The notes under the pieces were generated by a model that was given only the letters and a program-made list of their open reading frames with translations, ran no database searches and was not told the DNA's origin. DNA of 64,000 nt. Source: an uncultured Clostridia bacterium. Its GTDB lineage: Bacteria > Bacillota > Clostridia > Oscillospirales > Acutalibacteraceae. The first letter of the stretch is position 1. Every line of letters begins with the position of its first letter. The translations under genes and the position numbers were made by a program. Location: contig CAMFBH010000004.1 in the NCBI GenBank assembly GCA_945948515.1, positions 7,308-71,307 of the forward strand, in the 5' to 3' direction. Of the stretch, positions 18,870-27,840 are shown one piece after another.

Positions 18870-19616
18870 TCACTTTTCATAGTAAACGAAAACGCGGTCT
18901 CCGAAGGTAAGCATATCGTTATCAAAAATCAGCCGTGGCTGAGAAATGAATCTTCCGTTGAGCTTTGTTCCGTTGTGGGAATCAAGGTCACACACGGCAA
19001 AGCCCTTGCTCGTTTGATATATTCTTGCGTGCTCTGCCGATACCTTGTCGGAAATAATCTTAATGTCGGCATAATCGGAGCGTCCGATTAAAACATCCTT
19101 TTTCTTTATATAAACGGGCTTGTGAGTTGCAACATCAACAAGCACTCCGTATGCCATAACATTTTGCTTTTTAACATTCCTTTTCATTTCCTCGCGCGAT
19201 TTATATGAAATTGCCTCCGCGCAGTTGAATTTAAAGGAAACGCCGCCGATTGAAAGAATATCTCCGTCCTCAATAACGGCCTTGTTTTTTATTTTCTTTG
19301 CGTTAACATAAACTCCCGATTTTGAGAAAGTATCGGTAATAACCCAATCGCGCTTTTTCTTTGCAACTACCGCATGAAATCTTGAAACTGTGGGCTGAGT
19401 GAGCGTTATATCGTTGCTTTTGCTTCTGCCGATTGAGGTTTCCCAATGGTCTATATCATAAACATTTCCGCTCTGAATATCGCGAAGCTGTGCCATTTTA
19501 TGAACTCTCGGTCTGTTTCTGAAAAGAGAAACAATGCACCTTGAGAGAATTATAAATGCCATGGCGGGAAAAAAGTATCTGAGAATTCCCGTTATAAAAA
19601 CAGATAAAGCTTCCAA
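18870..19616 (-). CDS. Membrane-anchored protein with two FHA domains
   Basis: N-terminal TM. FHA1 is GR...SRFHA...SKSGVYVN. FHA2 is GR...SAEHA...SHNGTKLNG. 9 nt upstream of the SEDS gene. Confidence 0.85.
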   Translation of the reverse strand: MEALSVFITGILRYFFPAMAFIILSRCIVSLFRNRPRVHKMAQLRDIQSGNVYDIDHWETSIGRSKSNDITLTQPTVSRFHAVVAKKKRDWVITDTFSKSGVYVNAKKIKNKAVIEDGDILSIGGVSFKFNCAEAISYKSREEMKRNVKKQNVMAYGVLVDVATHKPVYIKKKDVLIGRSDYADIKIISDKVSAEHARIYQTSKGFAVCDLDSHNGTKLNGRFISQPRLIFDNDMLTFGDRVFVYYEK

Positions 19617-19733
19617 AATAACAGCCCCTTTTACCTTATCTTTAACATAATTGAGAATTTATAAAATAATAATCTATACAAGAATACTATAATATAATAA
19701 ATTAAATTGTCAAGTTGTGACAGTTATACCTAT

Positions 19734-19777
19734 TGAAAAAATTTACATTTTGATATATACTCGAAACAAGAGTATAT
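19734..19777 (+). promoter_or_regulatory. galM promoter candidate with overlapping 8-bp inverted repeat
   Basis: TTGAAA (19734-39), 16-nt spacer, TATACT (19756-61). Inverted repeat ATATACTC-N7-GAGTATAT (19755-62 / 19770-77) overlaps the -10 box. Confidence 0.4.
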
Positions 19778-19801
19778 CTAATATAATATAAGGAGATTAC
19801 T

Positions 19802-20854
19802 ATGGCACTTTCAAAAAGAAGCTTCGGCACTCTTGAAAACTCTCAGGAGGTTTTTCTTTACACTATTACTAACAAGAGCGGCGCCTTTGTTGAGCTTATG
19901 ACTCTCGGCGGCGGTATTCACGCAATAAATGTTCCCGATAAAAACGGCGTTCTCGGAGATGTTGTTCTCGGAATGGACAATGTTAACGATTATACAAACG
20001 GTGATAACGGCTATCAGGGACTTTTGGTTGGAAGAATTGCAAACAGAATTTCAAATGCTTCCTTCGAAATTGACGGAGTAAAATACTCTCTTCCTAAAAA
20101 TCAGGGCAGCTGGACTCTTCACGGCGGCGGCCGCTTCAGTTTTAGCGTTTGGGAGGTTGCCGACTGCGGCGACGACTTTGTTGAATTTCGCTTTTTCTCT
20201 CCCGATATGCAGGACGGCTTCCCCGGAAACTTCACTCTCAGCGTTAAATACACATTCACAGATGATAATGTGCTTCGTCTTGATTACAAGGCTATTTGCG
20301 ATAAAAAGACCTTTGTTAATCCTACTAACCACACATATTTTAACCTCAGCGCAAAAAGCGGAGAAACTATTGAAAATCATCTTCTCAAGATTAACGCCGA
20401 TTATTTTACGGAAACAGACGACAACCAGCTTCCGACGGGCGAGCTTTCGAGCCTTCGCGGTACTCCTCTTGATTTTGAGGAGATACACAAAATCGGAGAT
20501 AAAATTGATGAAAAGTTCAGAGCTCTTATAGACGGAATAGGCTACGACAACAACTACTGCCTTCGCAATAAGCCGGGAGAATTTTCACAGTGTGCAATTC
20601 TTTGCCACGAGGAGAGCGGAAGAAAAATGGAGGTTTACACCGACCTTCCCGCCGTTCAGCTCTACTGCGGAGGATGGCTTGCAAAAGACAACACCATCGG
20701 CAAGGGTGACAGCCTGGTTACATACCGCAGAGGCGTTGCGCTTGAAACTCAATTTTATCCCGACTCGCCAAATCACGCAAACTTCCCATCATGCCTTATT
20801 GATGCAAACGAGGAATTTAAAACAACAACCGAATTTAGATTTTCGGTTATGTAA
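19802..20854 (+). CDS. galM: Aldose 1-epimerase (galactose mutarotase)
   Basis: Family motifs GRIANRI, LHGG, TNHTYFNL, and a C-terminal Glu in ALETQ. Confidence 0.9.
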   Translation: MALSKRSFGTLENSQEVFLYTITNKSGAFVELMTLGGGIHAINVPDKNGVLGDVVLGMDNVNDYTNGDNGYQGLLVGRIANRISNASFEIDGVKYSLPKNQGSWTLHGGGRFSFSVWEVADCGDDFVEFRFFSPDMQDGFPGNFTLSVKYTFTDDNVLRLDYKAICDKKTFVNPTNHTYFNLSAKSGETIENHLLKINADYFTETDDNQLPTGELSSLRGTPLDFEEIHKIGDKIDEKFRALIDGIGYDNNYCLRNKPGEFSQCAILCHEESGRKMEVYTDLPAVQLYCGGWLAKDNTIGKGDSLVTYRRGVALETQFYPDSPNHANFPSCLIDANEEFKTTTEFRFSVM

Positions 20855-20866
20855 TTAAATCATTAG

Positions 20867-20905
20867 AGCCCGTGCAGTCAGAATTTGACTGCACGGGCTT
20901 TTTTC
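20867..20905. terminator. Intrinsic terminator after galM (shared with convergent ybaK)
   Basis: 13-bp stem AGCCCGTGCAGTC / GACTGCACGGGCT followed by TTTTTT. Confidence 0.8.
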
Positions 20906-21389
20906 ATTTTGTTATATCAAAGGTTTTTAATCGGATTACCTTTGCCAAATCCGAAAGCTTCATTTCAACCTGGTAGCCGATTTTTCCTGCCGAAAATATA
21001 ATGGTTTCAAAGCTTTCGGCACTGATGTCTACAACTGTTTGAAACTGCTTTTTCATACCTATCGGGGAGCAGCCTCCGTGAATATAACCGGTGAGAGGAA
21101 GTAATTCCTTTTGAGGTATCATTTCAAGACTTTTTTCACCGACTGCCTTTGCACCTTTTTTTAAATCAAGCTCCTTTGCAACGGGAACAAGAAAGACATA
21201 GTGCTGCTTTGATTTTGCGGCAGTTACAAGAGTTTTAAAAACCTGCTCTTCATTTTGACCTAACGCCTTTGCAACATCCGTTCCCGAAATTGCTCCGCTT
21301 TGATCATAGCAATGAGAAGCATATTTTATTTTTTTACTGTCAAGAACTCTCATTACATTTGTTTTAATTTCATTTGCCAAAATATTCAC
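20904..21389 (-). CDS. ybaK: Cys-tRNA(Pro)/Cys-tRNA(Cys) deacylase YbaK
   Basis: YbaK/EbsC fold motifs (KTLV, HGGCSPIG, SAGKIG). The exact start is uncertain: GTG at 21389 or TTG at 21380 after AGGAAG. Confidence 0.85.
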   Translation of the reverse strand: MNILANEIKTNVMRVLDSKKIKYASHCYDQSGAISGTDVAKALGQNEEQVFKTLVTAAKSKQHYVFLVPVAKELDLKKGAKAVGEKSLEMIPQKELLPLTGYIHGGCSPIGMKKQFQTVVDISAESFETIIFSAGKIGYQVEMKLSDLAKVIRLKTFDITK

Positions 21390-21398
21390 TTCCTGATT

Positions 21399-21968
21399 TT
21401 ATAAAAACCAAACCTCACTGCTTGTTGAAGAAACCGCACATGCGCCTGCATTCAGCGAGTTGATTATATCTGATTTTTCGCTGACAAGTCCGCCCGTTAT
21501 TATCGGCTTTCCCGTCTGTGAACAAATCTGCTTTGTTATTTTCGGCATAAGTCCGGGAAGAATCTCAACGAAATCAATGGAGCGTTCATTTTTTATTTTT
21601 GCAATATTCTTCATTGCGATTGAATCTATAACAAAAAATCTTAAAACCGTTACAAGCCCCTGCGCTTTTGCATATTTCAAAACGGGTTGCTTAGTTGAAA
21701 TTATACCGTCGGGACGGGCATTTTTAATAAGAAAATCAACAGCCGCCTCCTTTGAAGCAAGTCCGTCTATCAAATCACAATGCACCAAAACGGTTTTTCC
21801 GCCCTGCCTTAATTTTGAAACTATTTCGGAAATATTATTAATGCTTCCGAAAAGAACAAAAACAACGCCGCTCTCACATTTAAGCGCACTTTCAAGCCCG
21901 CTTTCATCCTTTACTGCGGCAATCACGGGACATTCTCCCAATTTTTTATAAAGCTCGTTTGAGGTCAT
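21399..21968 (-). CDS. glpP: Glycerol-3-phosphate-responsive antiterminator GlpP family
   Basis: Collinear with B. subtilis GlpP as I recall it (VHCDLIDGL, GIISTK, FVEILPGLMPK, ITGGL). The ATG at 21968 sits 6 nt after GGAGG; the listed start at 22040 is probably an over-extension. Confidence 0.85.
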   Translation of the reverse strand: MTSNELYKKLGECPVIAAVKDESGLESALKCESGVVFVLFGSINNISEIVSKLRQGGKTVLVHCDLIDGLASKEAAVDFLIKNARPDGIISTKQPVLKYAKAQGLVTVLRFFVIDSIAMKNIAKIKNERSIDFVEILPGLMPKITKQICSQTGKPIITGGLVSEKSDIINSLNAGACAVSSTSSEVWFL

Positions 21969-22140
21969 AACCATCCTCCGTCGGCAGATATTAAAATAAT
22001 TATATCCCTTATATTCCGCTTTGTCAAAATAGTTATTCATTTAACAATCATTTAAAAAAATGATTTTTAAAGCGCCTTAATAATATCGGATTTCCAAGAA
22101 ATAATAACAGGGAACAAATAATTTTGAAAGGAAAATTATT

Positions 22141-23520
22141 ATGAAGCTTTTCACTAAAATAATTGCATGTATAACCACTTTTGCAATAACGGCTTTGAGT
22201 CTGTGCTCTTGCAGTACGCAAAAAAATAATCAGAACACACAGCAATCTGCTCAGCAGGGTGCGGTTAAAGAAATACGGTTTCTTAATTTCAAGCCCGAAA
22301 TTGCAACAAAATACGAGCAAATCGCTAAGGTTTACGAAAGTGAAACAGGCATTAAGGTTACAATTGAAACTGCCGCAAACAACACCTATGAGCAAACGCT
22401 TTCCGCAAAAATTTCAACGAGTGAGGCTCCCGCAATTTTTCAGATTAACGGACCTACGGGATATGCAAACTGGAAGGATTACTGCGCTGATTTATCTGAC
22501 ACGGAAATATACAAGCATTTAACGGATAAATCAATGGCTGTTTCAACCGACGGCGGAGTTTGGGGCATTCCCTATGTAGTTGAGGGCTACGGAATTATTT
22601 ATAACAGCGAAATAACCGATAAGTATTTTAAACTTGAAAACAAGGCAACCCCCTATAAATCAATGGATGAAATCAAGAGCTTTAAGGCTCTTAAGGCTAT
22701 CTGTGATGATATGCAGAAAAATGCTTCTCTTCTCGGAATTGAGGGTGTTTTCTCTTCAACATCTCTTAAATCGGGAGAGGACTGGAGATGGCAAACTCAC
22801 CTTGCAAACATTCCGATTTACTACGAATTTGAAAAGAACGGCACCGATATTTGGAGCAAGGGTGCAGATGAAATAAAATTCGAATATCAGGAAAACTTTA
22901 AAAATATTTTTGACCTTTATATTACAGATTCGGTTTCCGACAGAAAAACTCTCGGCAAAAAAATTGTTGATGAATCAATGGCTGAATTCGCAACGGGAAA
23001 AAGTGCAATGGTTCAAAACGGAAACTGGGCTTACGAGCAAATCAGCAAGGTTGAGGGAAACACGGTTGATGAGGACGATATTAAATTTTTACCCATTTAC
23101 ACAGGTATTGAGGGTGAAGAAAACCAGGGTATCTGCATAGGAACAGAGAATTTTCTTGCAATAAATTCTAAGCTTTCAGAGGCTGAGCAAAAGGCTGCGG
23201 CTGATTTTATCTACTGGCTTTTCTCAAGTGAAAAGGGCAAGGATTTTGTTGTTGACGAATTATCCTTTATTGCTCCGTTTGACACCTTTACAAAAGATGA
23301 AACACCGGATGACCCGCTTGCAAAAGAAGTGGTTCGCTATATGAATACAGACGGAATAAAAAACATTCCGTGGAGCTTTACCGCCTTTCCGTCGCAAAAA
23401 TTTAAAGAGACCTTCGGCTCGGCGCTTCTTCGCTATGCGCAGGGCACAATTACTTGGAATGATGTTGTAGCAACGGTTGTTAACGAATGGAAAACAGAAA
23501 GGCAAGCAAGTGAAAAATAA
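22141..23520 (+). CDS. Sugar ABC transporter substrate-binding lipoprotein (family 1 solute-binding protein)
   Basis: Signal peptide with lipobox (LSLCSC). 459 aa. Leads a permease-permease-ATPase-malQ-glgP cluster. Confidence 0.88.
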   Translation: MKLFTKIIACITTFAITALSLCSCSTQKNNQNTQQSAQQGAVKEIRFLNFKPEIATKYEQIAKVYESETGIKVTIETAANNTYEQTLSAKISTSEAPAIFQINGPTGYANWKDYCADLSDTEIYKHLTDKSMAVSTDGGVWGIPYVVEGYGIIYNSEITDKYFKLENKATPYKSMDEIKSFKALKAICDDMQKNASLLGIEGVFSSTSLKSGEDWRWQTHLANIPIYYEFEKNGTDIWSKGADEIKFEYQENFKNIFDLYITDSVSDRKTLGKKIVDESMAEFATGKSAMVQNGNWAYEQISKVEGNTVDEDDIKFLPIYTGIEGEENQGICIGTENFLAINSKLSEAEQKAAADFIYWLFSSEKGKDFVVDELSFIAPFDTFTKDETPDDPLAKEVVRYMNTDGIKNIPWSFTAFPSQKFKETFGSALLRYAQGTITWNDVVATVVNEWKTERQASEK

Positions 23521-24355
23521 TTTAAAAAAATATTTTCCGATTTTTGTTCTGCCCACATTTGTTGCTTTTTGCGTTTCCTTTATTGTTCCGTTTATTATGG
23601 GTCTTTATCTCTCGTTCACTAAATTTACAACCGTTGAAAACGCACAGTGGGTTGGATTGGAAAACTATATAAAGGCTTTTACGGCGGACGACAGCTTTAT
23701 TCACGCGCTTTGGTTCACTGTTAAATTCACTGTTGTTTCCGTTATAAGCGTTAATATTTTTGCTTTTTTCCTCGCTCTGCTTCTAACAAGAAAAATTAAA
23801 GGCACAAACACCTTCAGAACAATTTTCTTTATGCCTAATCTTATCGGCGGTATCGTTTTGGGATATATATGGAATCTCATAATCAATGGTGTTTTGGCAT
23901 TTTTCGGAGCAGATATTACCTTTGATGCCAAATACGGATTTTGGGGACTTGTTATTCTTATGAACTGGCAAATGATAGGCTATATGATGGTTGTTTATAT
24001 TGCAAGCCTTCAAAACATTCCCCGCGAGCTTCTTGAGGCTTCTCAGATTGACGGCGCAAGCCCGCTTCAAACGCTGACCTATATCAAAATCCCAATGGTT
24101 ATGCCCGCCGTAACGATATGCACCTTTTTAACGCTTTCAAACTCATTTAAGCTTTTTGACCAAAACCTTGCACTTACGGCAGGCGCTCCGGCAAACGAAA
24201 CGGAAATGCTGGCACTTAACATTTTTAACACCTTCTATTCCCGCACGGGCTGGCAGGGTGTCGGTCAGGCAAAGGCGGTTATCTTCTTTATTCTCGTTGC
24301 ACTTATCGCCTTTATTCAGCTTAAAATAACATCAAAACGGGAGGTTTCCGAATAA
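23510..24355 (+). CDS. Carbohydrate ABC transporter permease (MalF/UgpA-like)
   Basis: 6 TM. EAA loop EASQIDGASPLQTLTYIKIPM. GTG at 23510 after GAAAGG is the preferred start; the listed TTG at 23477 is also possible. Confidence 0.88.
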   Translation: MKNNLKKYFPIFVLPTFVAFCVSFIVPFIMGLYLSFTKFTTVENAQWVGLENYIKAFTADDSFIHALWFTVKFTVVSVISVNIFAFFLALLLTRKIKGTNTFRTIFFMPNLIGGIVLGYIWNLIINGVLAFFGADITFDAKYGFWGLVILMNWQMIGYMMVVYIASLQNIPRELLEASQIDGASPLQTLTYIKIPMVMPAVTICTFLTLSNSFKLFDQNLALTAGAPANETEMLALNIFNTFYSRTGWQGVGQAKAVIFFILVALIAFIQLKITSKREVSE

Positions 24356-25194
24356 TGGGAAGTAAAAAAGCAGCGTTAAACTCCTTGCTGTATGTTTTTT
24401 TGATTTTCCTTGCGGTGCTTTTTCTTTCGCCCGTTTTTATTGTTTTAATTAATTCCTTTAAAACAAAATTTAATATCATTTCAAATCCCTTTGAGCTTCC
24501 GAATGAAAACACCTTTGCAGGACTTCAAAACTATATCAACGGTATTTCAAGCTCCGGAATTCTCAGCGCGTTTTTACGCTCTCTTTTTATAACCGTTGCG
24601 GCGGTTTCGGTTCTTGTTGTTTGTTGCGCAATGACGGCATGGTACATTGTGCGGGTAAAAAGCAAGCTTACAAAAATTCTGTACTATCTTTTTGTATTCA
24701 GCATGATTGTTCCTTTCCAAATGGTTATGTACACAATGACCTACACGGTTACAAAGCTTCATTTAAACAATCTTTTGGGAATAGTTTTCATTTATCTCGG
24801 CTTCGGAGCAGGTCTTTGCGTTTTTATGATGAGCGGATTTATTAGGAGCATTCCTTCGGAAATTGAGGAAGCCGCTCAAATTGACGGCTGTTCTCCAATT
24901 CAGGCATTTTTTCTCGTTGTTTTTCCGGTTTTAAAGCCCACCGCCATAACGGTTTCCATTCTTAATGCAATGTGGATTTGGAACGATTTCCTGCTTCCTT
25001 ATCTTGTTCTCGGAACAAAAAACAAAACGATGCCCGTTGCAATTCAGCTTGCAATGCAGGGCGCTTACGGCTCTGTTGATTGGGGCGGATTTATGGCAAT
25101 GCTCGTTTTTTCTATTATTCCGATTATAATTTTTTACGCTTTTTGCCAAAAATATATTATAGACGGCGTTGCCGCCGGTGCAGTAAAAGGCTGA
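24355..25194 (+). CDS. Carbohydrate ABC transporter permease (MalG/UgpE-like)
   Basis: EAA loop [21 protein letters not shown]. The start overlaps the previous stop. Confidence 0.9.
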   Translation: MGSKKAALNSLLYVFLIFLAVLFLSPVFIVLINSFKTKFNIISNPFELPNENTFAGLQNYINGISSSGILSAFLRSLFITVAAVSVLVVCCAMTAWYIVRVKSKLTKILYYLFVFSMIVPFQMVMYTMTYTVTKLHLNNLLGIVFIYLGFGAGLCVFMMSGFIRSIPSEIEEAAQIDGCSPIQAFFLVVFPVLKPTAITVSILNAMWIWNDFLLPYLVLGTKNKTMPVAIQLAMQGAYGSVDWGGFMAMLVFSIIPIIIFYAFCQKYIIDGVAAGAVKG

Positions 25195-25207
25195 TACGGA
25201 GGAAATA

Positions 25208-26314
25208 ATGGCTTCTATAACTTTAAAAAACATTACCAAGGTTTACGATAAAACGCAAACGGTTATTGAAAATCTTAATCTTGAAATCAAAGACAGGGAA
25301 TTTGTTATTCTTGTCGGTCCGTCGGGCTGCGGAAAATCAACAACGCTACGAATGATTGCGGGACTTGAGGATATTACCTCGGGAGAGCTATATATCGGAA
25401 ACAAGCTTGTTAACAATGTTTCACCCAAGGACCGCGATATTGCAATGGTTTTTCAAAGCTATGCGCTTTATCCGCATATGAGCGTTTACAAAAATATGGC
25501 TTTCGGCTTAAAGCTTCGCAAGGTACCGAAAAAGGAAATAGACGAAAAAGTTAGAAAGGCTGCAAAAATTCTTGATATTGAGCAGCTCCTCGACAGAAAG
25601 CCTCGCGCTCTTTCCGGCGGTCAACGGCAGAGAGTGGCTCTCGGCAGAGCAATGGTCAGAGAAAGCGAGGTTTTTCTTCTTGACGAGCCGCTTTCAAATC
25701 TTGATGCAAAGCTCCGCACTCAAATGCGCCGTGAGATTGCACAGCTTCACCGTGATTTGCAAACAACCTTTGTTTATGTTACTCACGACCAAACAGAGGC
25801 GATGACAATGGCAGACAGAATCGTTGTTATGAAAAGCGGCGAAATTCAGCAGTTTGACACGCCAAAAAATCTTTTTGACCATCCGAGCAATATGTTTGTT
25901 GCAGGATTTATCGGCTCGCCGCAAATGAATTTTATTGAGAGCCGCGTTGAATTAATTTCAGGAGAAGCACACCTTATTTTCGGCGGCTTTTCAATCACCG
26001 TGCTTGGACGGTATTCACAAAAGCTTACCGCTTACAACGGCAGAAAGGTAATTCTCGGAATTCGCCCCGATGATATTCATTATGAAGAAAGCTATGCAAA
26101 CAAAAATTCCGACAACAAAATAAATCTTGAAATTAAAAGCTATGAAATGACCGGAGCTAAGGTTAATATTTATTCCGAAATCGACGGCTGTGCCGTTATT
26201 TCAAAGGTTGATTCCTCACTTGCTCCGTTTGACTCGGGCAATATTGACCTTTACTTTGACTGCGAAAAGCTTCATATTTTCGATGAGGACAGCGAGGTTC
26301 TTATTTGCGACTGA
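25208..26314 (+). CDS. Sugar ABC transporter ATP-binding protein (MsmK/MalK/UgpC-like)
   Basis: Walker [24 protein letters not shown], Walker [13 protein letters not shown]-terminal MalK-type regulatory domain. Confidence 0.92.
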   Translation: MASITLKNITKVYDKTQTVIENLNLEIKDREFVILVGPSGCGKSTTLRMIAGLEDITSGELYIGNKLVNNVSPKDRDIAMVFQSYALYPHMSVYKNMAFGLKLRKVPKKEIDEKVRKAAKILDIEQLLDRKPRALSGGQRQRVALGRAMVRESEVFLLDEPLSNLDAKLRTQMRREIAQLHRDLQTTFVYVTHDQTEAMTMADRIVVMKSGEIQQFDTPKNLFDHPSNMFVAGFIGSPQMNFIESRVELISGEAHLIFGGFSITVLGRYSQKLTAYNGRKVILGIRPDDIHYEESYANKNSDNKINLEIKSYEMTGAKVNIYSEIDGCAVISKVDSSLAPFDSGNIDLYFDCEKLHIFDEDSEVLICD

Positions 26315-26346
26315 TTAATTCATAATGAACGAAAAGAGGTTTAACA

Positions 26347-27840
26347 ATGAGAAAAAGCGGTATTCTTATGCCTGTTTTCTCGCTCGGCTCACGATTCGGA
26401 ATAGGTACTCTCGGCAAATGCGCCTATGATTTTGCCGATTTTCTTGAGGCAGCGTCACAAAGCTATTGGCAGATTCTTCCCATAAATCCCACAGGCTACG
26501 GAAATTCTCCGTATCAATGCCTTTCCTGCTTTGCCGGTAATCCGTATTTAATCGACCTTGAAATTCTTAAAGAGAAAAATCTGCTTTCCGAAAAAGAACT
26601 GTCCGAGCTTGAATGCGGCTTAAATGCTCAATATATTGACTATTCATTATTGTACAAAACACGCATTCCTGTTTTGAAAAAGGCAGGCGGGCGTTTACTT
26701 GAGGAAAACTGCACCGAGTATATTGAATTCTGTGAAGAAGAGGCTGATTGGCTGAATGAATATGCCATTTTTGCAGTTATTAAGGAGAAGCACGGAGATT
26801 CTCCTTGGAACGAATGGGAAAAGGAATTAAGGCTATGCAACAAAAACGCTCTTCAAAATTTTTCTACTGAAAACGAAAAGGAAATCGAAATACAAAAAGC
26901 AATCCAGTTTTTATTTTTTGAGCAATGGAAAAGCCTTAAAAAATATGTTAATTCAAATGGTATAAAGATAATCGGAGATTTGCCGATTTACGCTTCATAC
27001 GACAGTGCAGATGTTTATTTTAACAGAGATAATTTTTGCTTAAATGCCGACGGCTCGCCCTCTTTCGTTGCAGGCTGTCCGCCCGATGCCTTCAATGAAT
27101 ACGGTCAGCTTTGGGGTAATCCCATTTATGACTGGGATTATATGAAGAAAGACTCATATTCATGGTGGAAAAAGAGATTTTCCTCATCAAAAAACCTTTT
27201 TGACGGAATAAGAATTGACCATTTCAGGGGATTTGAATCCTTTTACAGAATAAAGAGCACTGAAAAGAATGCAAAAAACGGCGAATGGATAAAGGGTCCC
27301 GGAATTGATTTTTTTAAACAAACAGAAAGCTCCTATTCGGGCTGTGAAATAATTGCAGAGGATCTCGGCTTTATAACCGAGGGCACTCGCGAGCTTCTTA
27401 AAAAAACGGGATTTCCCGGAATGAAGGTTCTTCAGTTTGCCTTTGACTCCCGTGAAAACAGCGATTATCTTCCGCACAACTATCCCGAAAACTGCGTTGC
27501 TTACACGGGCACACACGATAACTCAACCATTCTCGGCTGGTTTGAAAGCGCCGATGCGAATGACACGGTGTTTGCAAGAGAATATCTGCGTCTAAGCGAG
27601 GCAGAGGGGCTGAATTGGGGCATGATGAAAGCATGTCTTGCAAGCAGGGCAAGGCTGAGCATACTGTGCGCTCAGGATTTACTTTCACTCTCCAACGAAG
27701 CAAGACTTAACACTCCTTCAACACTTCAAGGAAACTGGGTATGGCGTGCACAAAGCGATGCTTTCAACTCAACCCTTGCACGGAAATTGAAAAAATACAC
27801 GGAAATTTACCGCAGAACAAATAAAGATTCGGGTGATTAA
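26347..27840 (+). CDS. malQ: 4-alpha-glucanotransferase (amylomaltase, GH77)
   Basis: N-terminus GILMPVFSLGSRFGIGTLG...YWQILPINPTGYGNSPYQCLSCFAGNPYLID. Catalytic region IRIDHFRGF, EDLG, TGTHDN. Confidence 0.93.
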   Translation: MRKSGILMPVFSLGSRFGIGTLGKCAYDFADFLEAASQSYWQILPINPTGYGNSPYQCLSCFAGNPYLIDLEILKEKNLLSEKELSELECGLNAQYIDYSLLYKTRIPVLKKAGGRLLEENCTEYIEFCEEEADWLNEYAIFAVIKEKHGDSPWNEWEKELRLCNKNALQNFSTENEKEIEIQKAIQFLFFEQWKSLKKYVNSNGIKIIGDLPIYASYDSADVYFNRDNFCLNADGSPSFVAGCPPDAFNEYGQLWGNPIYDWDYMKKDSYSWWKKRFSSSKNLFDGIRIDHFRGFESFYRIKSTEKNAKNGEWIKGPGIDFFKQTESSYSGCEIIAEDLGFITEGTRELLKKTGFPGMKVLQFAFDSRENSDYLPHNYPENCVAYTGTHDNSTILGWFESADANDTVFAREYLRLSEAEGLNWGMMKACLASRARLSILCAQDLLSLSNEARLNTPSTLQGNWVWRAQSDAFNSTLARKLKKYTEIYRRTNKDSGD

